Source: Nitrospirota bacterium
GTDB lineage: Bacteria > Nitrospirota > UBA9217
NCBI GenBank assembly: GCA_963740085.1
Contig: CAVUCU010000005.1
Location: 256,001 to 320,000, forward strand
Reading direction: 5' to 3'
Length of the DNA: 64,000 bases
The notes under the pieces are model-generated. The model made no database searches. It was not told where the DNA came from and saw only the letters and a list, made by a program, of their open reading frames with translations. The first letter of the stretch is position 1. Every line of letters starts with the position of its first letter. The position numbers and the translations under genes are program-made. This document shows, piece after piece, positions 19,902 through 30,134 of this stretch.

Positions 19902-20729
19902 TTATTTTTCTTTCAGCAGATCCAGGAAGCTCTGGATCGTCGTTAATTTCCGTTCGGACTCGGAATACAGTTTCGAGGAAAAGAGCGCCGTTGCCGCGTG
20001 GCCCGCCAGCATCGAGAACAGCTCGAAGTCCATGGCCGTGAGTTCGTCCTTCTGGACGAGCAGCTTGTAGATCACGATCGTGCCGATGACATGCTCCTTG
20101 ATCTTGAGCGGGATGCAGACGAGCGGGTTTGCATAGTCCACCCCCGTCACATCGGAGGGATCGCCCTTCCGGTAGTATGCTTCTCCGGTCTTGACCGCCA
20201 TGCCGATGATGCCATGACCGAGCCGGATGCTGGCCCGCGCCTGGGGCCCCATCCCCTCCTGCGCCACGATCGAAAGTTCGTTCAACTTCTCGTCGAGCAG
20301 CATGATGGAGAACTCCTCGGCGCCGATAAGGTTCATCACGATCTCGAGAATGATTTTGAGGCTCTCGTTGAAGTCCAGGGTGGAATGGAGCTGGTAGCTT
20401 GCCACGTAGAGGTTGGCAAGGTTGTTGTTCTCTGTCTCGACCTCCACATACCTGCTCGCAAAATCCTTGTTTTCCTCCTCCACCTGGCGGTACTGGCCCA
20501 GGAGGGTCCTGTTCTCCTCCTCCAGGAGACAGATCCGCTCCTCCAGGGAGTTCAACTGGGAGCTGCCGGTCCGGTTGGCGGGCCGGGTCTTCCCTTCGAG
20601 CTGGACGATCTTGTACCGGAGCTTCTCATTTTCTTTCAGCAGTTCATGAGTGAATTCCTCTCCTTTTCGGAAGACTTGAAGAAAGTCCTCCACTTTTTTG
20701 GAAAGCGTACCTGCCTCTGTCGTATCCAT
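19902..20729 (-). CDS. Coiled-coil + GAF domain protein without output domain
   Basis: Heptad-rich N-terminal half; GAF-like GIIG...CIPLK...IG; AAGGAGG RBS. Confidence 0.8.
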   Translation of the reverse strand: MDTTEAGTLSKKVEDFLQVFRKGEEFTHELLKENEKLRYKIVQLEGKTRPANRTGSSQLNSLEERICLLEEENRTLLGQYRQVEEENKDFASRYVEVETENNNLANLYVASYQLHSTLDFNESLKIILEIVMNLIGAEEFSIMLLDEKLNELSIVAQEGMGPQARASIRLGHGIIGMAVKTGEAYYRKGDPSDVTGVDYANPLVCIPLKIKEHVIGTIVIYKLLVQKDELTAMDFELFSMLAGHAATALFSSKLYSESERKLTTIQSFLDLLKEK

Positions 20730-20859
20730 GGATCCTCCTTGGAGAAATTATAGAATCGATCGAACCGTCAGTCCCTCTCTGTACTGCATACTGGTGAAAT
20801 GCCTGCCCTCGCGTGACAGCAAACGGATATACCCGGGGCCAGGAACCGGATCGTGTTGA

Positions 20860-21402
20860 TCATTCCCGGCCTTTCGTGCCTGCCAGGATCACACGAGGCC
20901 GCAAGCGCTTGAGCAGGACCTCGCCCGTGTGGGTATTGAAAAACAATTTCCGCCCGGTTGTACCCCCCACATCAAGCGAGAGGATGCTGAGTCCTTCCTT
21001 TTCGAGTGCCTGCAGTGCCATCGCGGCGTTCCTCTTCCCGATGGAGATCCCGCCTCTGCCGCCCGGCCCTGCGCCGAACATGTCCGCGCCGCCGAACACC
21101 TTGATCTCGATCTCATGAAGCAACACTCCCCGTTGTTTGAATCGCTTCATCATCCATTGGATGGCGCAATCCACGTACTTGCCCGGCTCCGGGCACTCGC
21201 CGCCGCACCGTCCCTTTTGCGGTTCCCGGCATTCCGGCAAAAACCCGTGACAGATCGCGCCGATGCCCGAGCGACGGTGAAACATGGTCACCGCAAGGCA
21301 GGAGCCGAGCACGGTATAGATGCTTGCCGATTGCTCTGCAAAGTGGATCTCCCCGGTCTTGAGGTAGATCACCGGTAATGTGTTCCCTGATAAGCTCATC
21401 AT
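20860..21402 (-). CDS. cheD: Chemoreceptor glutamine deamidase CheD
   Basis: TVLGSCLAV, CH, KVFGGADM, IGKRN, DVGG motifs. Confidence 0.9.
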   Translation of the reverse strand: MMSLSGNTLPVIYLKTGEIHFAEQSASIYTVLGSCLAVTMFHRRSGIGAICHGFLPECREPQKGRCGGECPEPGKYVDCAIQWMMKRFKQRGVLLHEIEIKVFGGADMFGAGPGGRGGISIGKRNAAMALQALEKEGLSILSLDVGGTTGRKLFFNTHTGEVLLKRLRPRVILAGTKGRE

Positions 21403-21441
21403 GTTTTTATCGAGACCATTGATCCTAATAACGGCGGTTGG

Positions 21442-21562
21442 AACCACAGATGAACACGGGTAAGACCTTCAATCAATAACGTATTTCGAACGAGAGCTTC
21501 ACCCTATTGGCGCCTCTAATTTTTGTCTTAAGACTTTGAATCATCTTTGGTTATCCGTGGTT
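21442..21562. repeat. Imperfect inverted repeat of 10-mer units (AACCACAGAT-GAACACGG type)
   Basis: AACCACAGATGAACACGGGT ... ATCTTTGGTTATCCGTGGTT. Confidence 0.55.
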
Positions 21563-21705
21563 ACATGCTTTTTCCAGTTTTGATGCGACGCGTTCGAAGG
21601 AGCATCTCAACCGGCACATGACCGTGCCACCTCTACGGGCCGTGAGCGGCACGTTCGGCACGAACATCGCGCTGCGGGAACCCGGTGACGGCATGACCGG
21701 AGTCC

Positions 21706-23847
21706 TTAACCGTTCTTGCTGGCTTTTTCGTGTTCCGCCATCGCCGCCAGCCGAGGTAGGTCCAGGATCAGGGCCATGGTGCCGTCTCCCAGGATCGTCG
21801 CGCCGGATACGCCCTCGATGTCCTTGTAGACGCTGCCGAGGTTCTTGATCACCGTCTGGTGTCCGCCGATCACGCGGTCCACCACGAAACCGGTTCGCTG
21901 ATCATCTATCGACACGATCACGATCTGTTCAATGGAGGGACTCTCCCCATCGATCCTGAATTGCTCGCGGAGGCGGATGAACGGAACGATCTTTCCCCGC
22001 ACACGGGCCAGATCACGGCCATTGGCCCTCTGTATGTCTTTGAGTGTCAGCTCCACGCATTCCTCCACCAGGGAAAGCGGCATGATGAACGACTCCGCGC
22101 CGATCCTGACCAGAAGACCATCGATGATCGCGAGGGTAAGGGGGAGCTTCAGCGTTATTGTCGTGCCCGAACCTTTTTTGCTGCTGATCTCGATGTTGCC
22201 GCGCAGCGAATCGATGGCTCGTTTCACCACATCCATTCCCACGCCCCGGCCTGACAAACTCGTGATTTTTTTCGCAGTAGAAAAGCCCGGCGCAAGGATG
22301 AGCGAAAAGAGCTCCTTTTCCGTCAGTTTTGCATCGGAAGATATCAGTCTTTTTTCCACGGCCTTTGCGCGGATCACATCTGGGTCAAGGCCCTTGCCAT
22401 CGTCCCGGACCTGCACGATAACATGCGAGCCCGAATGTTTTGCAGACAGATGGATCGTGCCGCTCAGTGGCTTACCGTCGGCCACCCGGTCCTCCGTCAG
22501 CTCGATGCCATGGTCGATGCTGTTCCTGATGATGTGGATCAGCGGGTCGCTCAATCGTTCGATCACGGTCTTGTCCAGCTCGGTCTCCTCACCCGAGGTC
22601 GTCAGCTCGATCTCTTTATCGAGCTCCGAGGAGAGGTCCCGGACGAGACGCTTGAACTTGCTGAATATCGTGCCTATGGGCAGCATCCGGATGCTCATGG
22701 TGTTGTCGCGCAGCGACGTGGTCAGACGCTCTACCTCTTCGGCAATAGAAAGCAGCGAGGTGATGCCGGTGGTGAGGGCCGTCTGGCTGAGGCGGGCCTG
22801 AACCGTCACGAGCTCTCCGACAAGATTGGCCAGGTTGTCAAGCTTGTCGGTCGACACGCGGATGCTCGATGTCGCATCATCACCCTGACGCTGCGCCCGC
22901 ACTTCCCGGACATGCCGCTGCTCGACCAAGGCGGACTCCACGTGTCCGGGAGTTACCGCTCCTGCCTCTACCAGCATCTCGCCGATAAGCTTTCTTGACT
23001 TCAGCACTTCCTGGAGATCATCGGTCGTCAGATCTCCTCGCTCGACCAGGATATCAGCCAGTCTCTTATAGCTCTGCTCATCTTCCAGTCTTCCCTCTTC
23101 ATCGATGATATCCACAGCCAGTTCGGAGCCGTCCTGAACAAAAATAAACACATCCTGAATGGCGTCCACGCCCTGGGAGGTGGTCAAAATCACGTCCCAG
23201 TACGTATAGCATGTCTGAGGGTTGATGTCTTCCAGATACGGGACCTCGTCCGTCTGAGCCACGACCTCGCACGTCCCGAGCGTGCGCAATTCGTTCAGCA
23301 GGTTGATAGGGTTCGTTCCCCGGACAAAGACCTCCGCACCCGGCCGGAAGCGTATCCGATAGGTGATGTGTCGTAGCTGTCCTTCAGCTGCCGACGCCGG
23401 GGTTGCCTTTCTCCGCGTCCCTGCTTCGGGCGCCAGCGCTCTGAACGATGCAACGATCGACGCTGTTTTCGACTCATCGACCGAACCACCCTTATAATAG
23501 TGGTCGAAGAGCGACTCGATCTGGTCGCAGGCCTGCAGGGTCAGATTGATGATCTCGTGAGTGGCGTTGGCTTTTCCGCTTCTGACCCTGTCGAAGATCG
23601 TCTCCAGCTCGTGCGTGAATGCGACGATCTCACGGAACTCGCATGCCCCGCCGGACCCCTTGATGGTATGCATGGCCCGGAATGCCCTGCCGATCTGCTC
23701 CATGTTATCAGGGGCCTTCTCGAGCTCAAGCAGCGAGCTCTCGAGTTCGGCCAGCAACTCATAGGCCTCTTCCCGGAAGGTTACCCGGAGCGCGTGGACC
23801 ATGGTCTCAGCGCTGTAATCTTCGTTGTCTTTCAGCTCGTTCGTCAT
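21706..23847 (-). CDS. cheA: Chemotaxis histidine kinase CheA
   Basis: HTIKG Hpt, RNSIDHG, DDGKG, GFST, GRGVGMDVV and CheW-like domains. Confidence 0.96.
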   Translation of the reverse strand: MTNELKDNEDYSAETMVHALRVTFREEAYELLAELESSLLELEKAPDNMEQIGRAFRAMHTIKGSGGACEFREIVAFTHELETIFDRVRSGKANATHEIINLTLQACDQIESLFDHYYKGGSVDESKTASIVASFRALAPEAGTRRKATPASAAEGQLRHITYRIRFRPGAEVFVRGTNPINLLNELRTLGTCEVVAQTDEVPYLEDINPQTCYTYWDVILTTSQGVDAIQDVFIFVQDGSELAVDIIDEEGRLEDEQSYKRLADILVERGDLTTDDLQEVLKSRKLIGEMLVEAGAVTPGHVESALVEQRHVREVRAQRQGDDATSSIRVSTDKLDNLANLVGELVTVQARLSQTALTTGITSLLSIAEEVERLTTSLRDNTMSIRMLPIGTIFSKFKRLVRDLSSELDKEIELTTSGEETELDKTVIERLSDPLIHIIRNSIDHGIELTEDRVADGKPLSGTIHLSAKHSGSHVIVQVRDDGKGLDPDVIRAKAVEKRLISSDAKLTEKELFSLILAPGFSTAKKITSLSGRGVGMDVVKRAIDSLRGNIEISSKKGSGTTITLKLPLTLAIIDGLLVRIGAESFIMPLSLVEECVELTLKDIQRANGRDLARVRGKIVPFIRLREQFRIDGESPSIEQIVIVSIDDQRTGFVVDRVIGGHQTVIKNLGSVYKDIEGVSGATILGDGTMALILDLPRLAAMAEHEKASKNG

Positions 23848-23856
23848 GTTCTCCCC

Positions 23857-24198
23857 CTAGGCCGCGGCCATCCAGATACAGCTCTTGTCGCAGTCCAGCT
23901 TGCATCCCTTCAAACGCGCGTACCCGGCGGCCTCTACCGCTTCATTCATCACGGGCGGCAGACTGCCTTCGATGCACACCCGCTTCTTCAGCCTGACCGC
24001 GCTCCGATGCGCGGAGCAAAGCAATTGAAGACAGGACACGTCCACTTCCTGTACGCTTCCAAAGCCAATGGAGATGTCGTAGGTGTCGAGGAGCGCTCTG
24101 AGGAGCGCTTTCCTCAGCTCTTCCGCATACGGCAGCGTGAGCTCTCCCTCCAGTGTCAGAACACCGCTCTTACCTGATAGTTTGAACATTGCGATCAT
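23857..24198 (-). CDS. STAS-domain protein
   Basis: LEGELT...VQEVDVSCLQLL; directly upstream of cheA. Confidence 0.85.
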   Translation of the reverse strand: MIAMFKLSGKSGVLTLEGELTLPYAEELRKALLRALLDTYDISIGFGSVQEVDVSCLQLLCSAHRSAVRLKKRVCIEGSLPPVMNEAVEAAGYARLKGCKLDCDKSCIWMAAA

Positions 24199-24305
24199 GG
24201 AATTCCGTCCTCCCTTCCTGGTTCGTGATGTTCACCGGGGTGCTGCTCACCGTGCATGGACCGCTACCTGCTCCGCATGCTGTACGAGCCTGGGGCTATC
24301 GAGTA

Positions 24306-25343
24306 TCAACGCGACCGTTGCCTTCCCCCTCTCGCATCAGGATGACCCGCTCGCAGAATCTGGACAAAATAATCCACCAGCATGGGATCGAACTGCCTCG
24401 CCGAACAGGCAATGAGTTCGGCTATCGCCGTCATTCTATCTGCCGCGGCGCGGTACGGTCTGTTGGACAGAATAGAATCGTAGGCGTCGGCGACGGCGAT
24501 GATCCGTGCGGACAAGGGTATGCCGTTTCCGGCCAGGCCTGCCGGGTAACCGCTGCCATCGTAGTTTTCATGGTGATGAAGAATGCCGGGCAGAAGAGCT
24601 TCAAATTGTCTTAGCGGACGAAGGATTTCCACTCCCTTGCGCGAATGACTCTTGATGATCGTCATTTCTTCTTCGCTCAATTCGCCTTTTTTCCCCAGAA
24701 TGGCGTTGCTGATGCCGATCTTGCCGATATCATGGAGCAGAGCGGCCGCCCTGATATTTTCAAAAGCGAGTGCGTCGAAGTCCAGTCTCCTGGCAATCAA
24801 ACAGCAGTAGTCGCTTACCCGGATGCTGTGGCCGTAGGTTCCAAGATCTTTTGTTTCCGCGGCCTGGCACAGGGACACAAGGACGGACAAATAGGTGTAA
24901 TTGAGATCGTCGGTTTTTCCCCTGACCTTCAACTCCCGGCCGGCTATCAAAGCCCGATTCTCCCGTTCAAGCGACTTCTTCCCGTACACGTAATCGATGG
25001 ACCTGAGTATCTCTTCGATCCGAAAGGGTTTGCGGATGAAATCGCTTGCGCCTGTTTTGAGCGCTTCGACGGCAAGATCAATGTCCGGACTGCCCGTCAT
25101 GATCACGAAATCCAGCGCGGGGTTCTGCTTCGCCATCTGCGGCATGAGATCAACACCTCTCATCGGGCCAAGGAAATTGTCGATGAACGCTATCTGGAAG
25201 GTGTCCCCGCGTGCGCACAGCATTGCCTCATCGGGTCCCGATGCCGTTTTAACGTAGTACCCCATATCCGTGAGCGCCATGGACAGCGTCTCTAACAGTC
25301 GTACTTCGTCGTCTACCAGGAGTATCCTCGCGTCCAATGCCAT
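24306..25343 (-). CDS. Response regulator with HD-GYP phosphodiesterase domain
   Basis: REC domain plus GHS, HDIGK, HHENYDGSGYP, VADAYD, RPYR motifs. Confidence 0.92.
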   Translation of the reverse strand: MALDARILLVDDEVRLLETLSMALTDMGYYVKTASGPDEAMLCARGDTFQIAFIDNFLGPMRGVDLMPQMAKQNPALDFVIMTGSPDIDLAVEALKTGASDFIRKPFRIEEILRSIDYVYGKKSLERENRALIAGRELKVRGKTDDLNYTYLSVLVSLCQAAETKDLGTYGHSIRVSDYCCLIARRLDFDALAFENIRAAALLHDIGKIGISNAILGKKGELSEEEMTIIKSHSRKGVEILRPLRQFEALLPGILHHHENYDGSGYPAGLAGNGIPLSARIIAVADAYDSILSNRPYRAAADRMTAIAELIACSARQFDPMLVDYFVQILRAGHPDARGGRQRSR

Positions 25344-25399
25344 AGAGAGTTTCACCAATCATGTAGGATATTTATATTTCGTCGTAACGCTTGAGATTG

Positions 25400-25416
25400 T
25401 GCAAAGATAATGCCAG
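25400..25416 (-). promoter_or_regulatory. sigma54 (-24/-12) promoter for HD-GYP-STAS-cheA
   Basis: CTGGCATTATCTTTGCA: GG-N10-GC. Confidence 0.8.
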
Positions 25417-25470
25417 GATCTAACCAGTTGATTGTTCAGCAGAAGGAACACGAGGAGGTAGGTGAGTCGG

Positions 25471-25504
25471 GGACATGTTGTACTGCGTCAGGGACAGGTT
25501 GTCA
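25471..25504. promoter_or_regulatory. Putative enhancer: tandem GACA-N3-TGTC-like palindromes
   Basis: GGACATGTTGTAC and GGACAGGTTGTCA, 21 bp apart. Confidence 0.6.
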
Positions 25505-27892
25505 GGGAAGAAGCTGCGGCGCAAGCGGCAGCTTGATCGTAAAGGCGGCGCCATGGCCCTGCTCTGATGCGACGTCAATTGAGCCTTGGTGGCTGGCGAT
25601 GATCTTCCGGGCAATGGAAAGCCCCAGCCCGGTGCCGCCTGTTTCGGCTTTCGTCGTAAAAAACGGGGAGAATATTTTCGCGATATTTTCAGGGGATATC
25701 CCCGGACCGGTGTCGCTGATCATGACGTATGCGTTGTCCGCCCGGATCGCTGTTTCTATCTTGAGCGTGCCTTTACTTTCCATAGCATCGAGGGCATTGA
25801 TGATAAGGGCCACAATGACCTGTCTCAATTCTCCCTCGCTGCCGCGGATCAGCGGCCGGCCCTGATACTCTTTTATGACCTCCACCTGTTTGAGCCTCCC
25901 TTGATAGCCGATGAGACTGAGCGCGCTGTCGATCGCCTGGTGAACATCGACCGTGCTCCGGTCAGCGGACGTCTTTCGGAAAAAAGAAAGCATGTTGCCC
26001 GTAATGTCACGGCAGCGGAGGACCTCATCGTCGATGATCTGCAGGTACTTTTTGAAGATCGCCTGATCATACGGGACCTTGTCCACCCGCAGGAGGAGCG
26101 ATTCGGCGGAGATTATGATCGATTCCAGCGGATTATTGATCTCATGGGCGATGCCGGTTGCCATCTCACCCAGCGAGGCAAGTCGTTCATTCATGATCAA
26201 CTGCATCTCGTATTCCTTCCGTTCGGTGATGTCTCTCGCAATATGGATCGATCCGACAATATCACCCTCGGGAGAATAATACGGGAACGTGGAGATGTTG
26301 AACGTTCTTTGGGTGTTTGCGTCAACGATTTCTTCAAGCACTGGCATGGCGGCATCCGCGGACCGTTGGGGAGAGCAGCCCAGAAGCGGCGATGATGCTC
26401 CATGCGGGAAAAGCGCATGACATTTCTTCTGAAAGACCTCTTGGGGTGTCAAACCCAGATACGCCGCATAGGCCTTGTTCGCCTTGATGATCGTGAAATT
26501 ATTGTCGTGGATGGAGATCATGTCCGTAATACTGTCGAAGGTATCCCGCCATTCTTTCTGCGATCGGCGCTCCCGGAGAGCTTCTTCGGACCGCTTGATC
26601 TGAGATAAGTCGGTTGTGATACCGACGTAGTTGCTGACAATGCCAGCATCATCCTTTACGGCACTGATGGAAAGCCACTTCGGGTAAATCTCGCCGCTCT
26701 TTTTTCTGTCCCAGATTTCTCCTGACCACTGACCCGTTTCGATGATCGAGCGCCACATCTCCACGTAGAATTCCCGGTTATGCCTGCCCGATTTCAGGAT
26801 CCGGGGGTTCTTCCCCAGAACCTCATTTTTTGTAAATCCTGACTTCAATACAAATGACTCGTTCACGTCCACGATGTTCGCGTCGGCGTCGGTGATGACA
26901 ACGGACTCAGACGTTGTTTGAAGGAACTTTGCCGACAGCTGCATACTCCTCTCTACTGTCTTTCGCCATGTAATATCCTTGGAAACCGAAATCACTCCGA
27001 TCAGATCCCCCGTGTTGCTCCTGACGGCGGTAGAGGTCAGTTCCTGGTTGAACGTCGTTCCATCCTTCCTCGTCGCGACGACCTCCCGTGTCCACGGCTG
27101 CCATTTTATATCCTGCCGCTTTTTTACTGTGTTCATCTTGGCAGGGTTGAAGATGGATGCGTTTTTTCCCACCAGATCATGGACAGTATACCCATGCATC
27201 CCGGCCTCCGCATCGTTCGTAAATAAAATAATCCCCTCAGAATCTGTCATGGTGATACCGGCCGGGGCGACCTCAATGGCTCTCCTCAGCAGCATAAGCT
27301 CTTCATTCTTTTGCCGTATTTGGAGCTCTGTTAAGGATTTCATCATCGTAAGTGAGACGGCGGAAGCAATTCTCTTCAACTGGGCAACGTCGCTCTCGGA
27401 GATTTCTGAGCGTCTGCCGACACCAAGCACCCCGATGACGGAACCGCCCGCGAACAGAGGAAAGCGTGCTATGGACTTAAAGCCGAAGATCGACGCGACC
27501 ATCCCGGACAATTTCTTAAGCGTGGTATTGTCTGTATAGTCCTCAAAAGCCTTGCGAACGTCGTTCGTCACGATCGCGCGGTTGTTATATACGACGTCAT
27601 AAAACGAGGTGCCTTCACGGAGAGAGATCGTGAGCTCCTTCAACTTTATTCCGATCAAATCCATAACCTTATTGACAGCCGTCATGTCAGCTGCAATCGA
27701 GATATACCGCAGGCACTTCCGGTCCTCGTCCAGCAGATAGACGTTGCAGGCATCGTACGACAACAGGTCTTTCACGCTGCTGGTCACGGTCGAGAGGATA
27801 CTCTCCAACAGTTGACCGTCTATCATCGCATTGTGGACCTTGCTCATGATTTCCAGTTCGGAAAGTCGATCCTTTATCAGACGCTCATTCAT
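25502..27892 (-). CDS. Cytoplasmic sensor histidine kinase (GAF-PAS-PAS-PAS-HisKA-HATPase)
   Basis: AHEINNPL H-box, N/G boxes (DTGPG, GTGLGL); PAS motifs including NPRILKSG. Confidence 0.92.
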   Translation of the reverse strand: MNERLIKDRLSELEIMSKVHNAMIDGQLLESILSTVTSSVKDLLSYDACNVYLLDEDRKCLRYISIAADMTAVNKVMDLIGIKLKELTISLREGTSFYDVVYNNRAIVTNDVRKAFEDYTDNTTLKKLSGMVASIFGFKSIARFPLFAGGSVIGVLGVGRRSEISESDVAQLKRIASAVSLTMMKSLTELQIRQKNEELMLLRRAIEVAPAGITMTDSEGIILFTNDAEAGMHGYTVHDLVGKNASIFNPAKMNTVKKRQDIKWQPWTREVVATRKDGTTFNQELTSTAVRSNTGDLIGVISVSKDITWRKTVERSMQLSAKFLQTTSESVVITDADANIVDVNESFVLKSGFTKNEVLGKNPRILKSGRHNREFYVEMWRSIIETGQWSGEIWDRKKSGEIYPKWLSISAVKDDAGIVSNYVGITTDLSQIKRSEEALRERRSQKEWRDTFDSITDMISIHDNNFTIIKANKAYAAYLGLTPQEVFQKKCHALFPHGASSPLLGCSPQRSADAAMPVLEEIVDANTQRTFNISTFPYYSPEGDIVGSIHIARDITERKEYEMQLIMNERLASLGEMATGIAHEINNPLESIIISAESLLLRVDKVPYDQAIFKKYLQIIDDEVLRCRDITGNMLSFFRKTSADRSTVDVHQAIDSALSLIGYQGRLKQVEVIKEYQGRPLIRGSEGELRQVIVALIINALDAMESKGTLKIETAIRADNAYVMISDTGPGISPENIAKIFSPFFTTKAETGGTGLGLSIARKIIASHQGSIDVASEQGHGAAFTIKLPLAPQLLP

Positions 27893-27969
27893 ATATCTCT
27901 CTCGTGGTTGCCTGGGCATGCCGGGCTCTTTTGGGACCTGCTGGAAATGTCGTGAACCAGCGCCGCCTT

Positions 27970-28460
27970 CTATATCCCTAATGTGCTGATCAGATGATCT
28001 GCCGAAGCAGCGGCAGTGTCCCGGTTCAGATTTAGCCGCATGAAGACGTCGTCCTTTTTTCCGGTCAGATCGTTGCTTCCTATCGTCGGTGAGAGCATCA
28101 GCGTCACGGAGGCATCGGTGATCGGTATGATGGTTATGGCAACAACGCTTGTCATGGGTCCCCTGATGGCTGACACCTTTGCGGAGGCGAGCCCGCTGGC
28201 AGCCTTCCGGGCATCGTCAGGGTCACTCTGGCCATCGCGAACGATAAGCTCGATTCGTTTCCCCCCGATGCCCCGCCTGCATTGATGGCCTTTACAGCGA
28301 GAAGCGCTCCATCCCGGCCGGCGGTCCCCCGGATCGCCGTTGCGGCCGGTCAGCCCACCCACGTCGCCGACCCGGATCGTTTCATGCTCGCCTGCACCGC
28401 GCGCCCCGTCAGCAGTACCACTATCGTGATGATCGCGAATCTCCTGGTGCCCGACGTCCG
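27970..28460 (-). pseudogene. Truncated, frameshifted branched-chain-amino-acid-type periplasmic binding protein
   Basis: GGLTG...GIGGKRIELIVRD...GPMTS motifs across shifted frames; ends prematurely. Confidence 0.7.
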
Positions 28461-28508
28461 CCTCCCGTTATAATGGACGGCGCCAATGCCGCGTTCAACC
28501 CGGTGGGC

Positions 28509-29840
28509 TCACTTCTCGATCCCGTACTCCGCAAGCTTGCGGGCCAGTGTCCGCGGATGGACCCCCAACGCCTCCGCCGCCCTGTTCCGTTCGCCGCCCG
28601 ACTGCTTCAGTATGCGCAAGATGTGCTCCCGCTCCAGGTCATCAAGCCGGATGCTGCCGACGCCCGGGCAGCTTCCCAGATCACGGGGAAGGTCGGCAGG
28701 TTCTATTAAATCGTTCCTGCTCAGCAGAAGAACATGATGGACTACGTTCTGGAGTTCCCGTACATTTCCCGGCCATGCACAACCGGTCAATATACTAATC
28801 GCTTCACTACTGAACTGCTTCTGTTTGAATACCGGGCTGCTACTCCTGAAATGCTCGATGAGCGGGACGATATCTTCCTTCCGCTCCCGCAGTGGCGGGA
28901 GATGAACGGTCAATGCGGAGATCCGGTAGTACAGGTCCCCCCGGAAGGTACCGTTCTCGATCCCTGACTTCAAGTTCTTATTGGTTGCGGAAATGATCCG
29001 CACGCTGACCTGCTGCTCCCGGGTTCCGCCGAGCCGGTAAAAATTCCCCGTTTCAATGACCCGGAGCAACTTCACCTGGAGCGAGAGCGGCATATCCCCG
29101 ATCTCATCAAGGAAGAGCGTCCCTTCATGCGCTATTTCGAGCAAACCGGGCTTTTTCGCCTGGGCCCCGGTGAACGCGCCCTTTTCATAGCCGAACAATT
29201 CGCTCTCGATCATGGTCTCGGGAAGGGCGCCGCAATTGATCGCGACATAGGATCTATCGGCCCTGGAAGAGGCGTTGTGGATGATCCGGGCGATCAGTTC
29301 CTTGCCCGTGCCGCTCTCACCGGTGATCAGGACGGGGAAATCCGACTGGGCAATCTTCTTTGATCGCTCGACAACATCCCGCATCACCGGGCTTTCCACG
29401 ATCAGATTAGATACTTCCGATTGTTTTTTTACCTGGGTCTTGAGTAGCAGGTTCTCAATGCAAAGCTTCTTCTTGTCATAAGCCTTTTCGATGACCGGAG
29501 CGAGCTCAACGATCTTGAAAGGCTTCATCAGGTAATCATAAGCGCCTAATTTCATGGCTTCAACTGCGGTCATGACGGTGGCGTGGGCGGTCAGGATGAC
29601 AACCTCCGTAGGGATTTCCCGGCTTCTGATCCTTTTCAGGACTTCGATGCCGTCGAGGCCAGGCATATTCATGTCAAGAAGAAGGACGTCGAATTCCTCC
29701 TTTTCGAGCAGCTCAAGCGCCTGGGTGCCGTTCTCAACCGATACAACATGAGACACCAGGGTCGACAGCGCATCCCGAAGAAGCTCCCGGATGTTCTTCT
29801 CATCATCGGCAATCATGACTTTCGCAAGTGTGAGGCCCAT
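28509..29840 (-). CDS. sigma54-dependent response regulator (NtrC family)
   Basis: REC, GESGTGKE, GAFTGA, FLDEIG, WPGNVREL, C-terminal HTH. Confidence 0.95.
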   Translation of the reverse strand: MGLTLAKVMIADDEKNIRELLRDALSTLVSHVVSVENGTQALELLEKEEFDVLLLDMNMPGLDGIEVLKRIRSREIPTEVVILTAHATVMTAVEAMKLGAYDYLMKPFKIVELAPVIEKAYDKKKLCIENLLLKTQVKKQSEVSNLIVESPVMRDVVERSKKIAQSDFPVLITGESGTGKELIARIIHNASSRADRSYVAINCGALPETMIESELFGYEKGAFTGAQAKKPGLLEIAHEGTLFLDEIGDMPLSLQVKLLRVIETGNFYRLGGTREQQVSVRIISATNKNLKSGIENGTFRGDLYYRISALTVHLPPLRERKEDIVPLIEHFRSSSPVFKQKQFSSEAISILTGCAWPGNVRELQNVVHHVLLLSRNDLIEPADLPRDLGSCPGVGSIRLDDLEREHILRILKQSGGERNRAAEALGVHPRTLARKLAEYGIEK

Positions 29841-30074
29841 AGTATTTTCCCTGTAACGGCTAGACTAGCCTATCGAAAAGTAACCGCCGCTCGATGCTGA
29901 TTTGGCGCAGCGGGTGATATTTCCGTTACTATAGCAAAATTACCCCGTGTTCACAATGTTAATTTGTCATTCGGATGATCTCGGCCGAGCGGAGAGATCT
30001 TTCCGCCGGGGTACTCGAGGAATAACGAAACACGGGACGGCAAAGGGCGGGTCAAGAACGGGACACACGGCAAT

Positions 30075-30105
30075 AAAAAAGCGGCTCCGATATTCGGAGC
30101 CGCTT
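30075..30105 (-). terminator. Intrinsic terminator of atp operon
   Basis: GCGGCTCCGA/TCGGAGCCGC stem plus T-run on minus strand. Confidence 0.85.
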
Positions 30106-30134
30106 CCTACGTGTACGATAGTGTCGTTCAGAAA

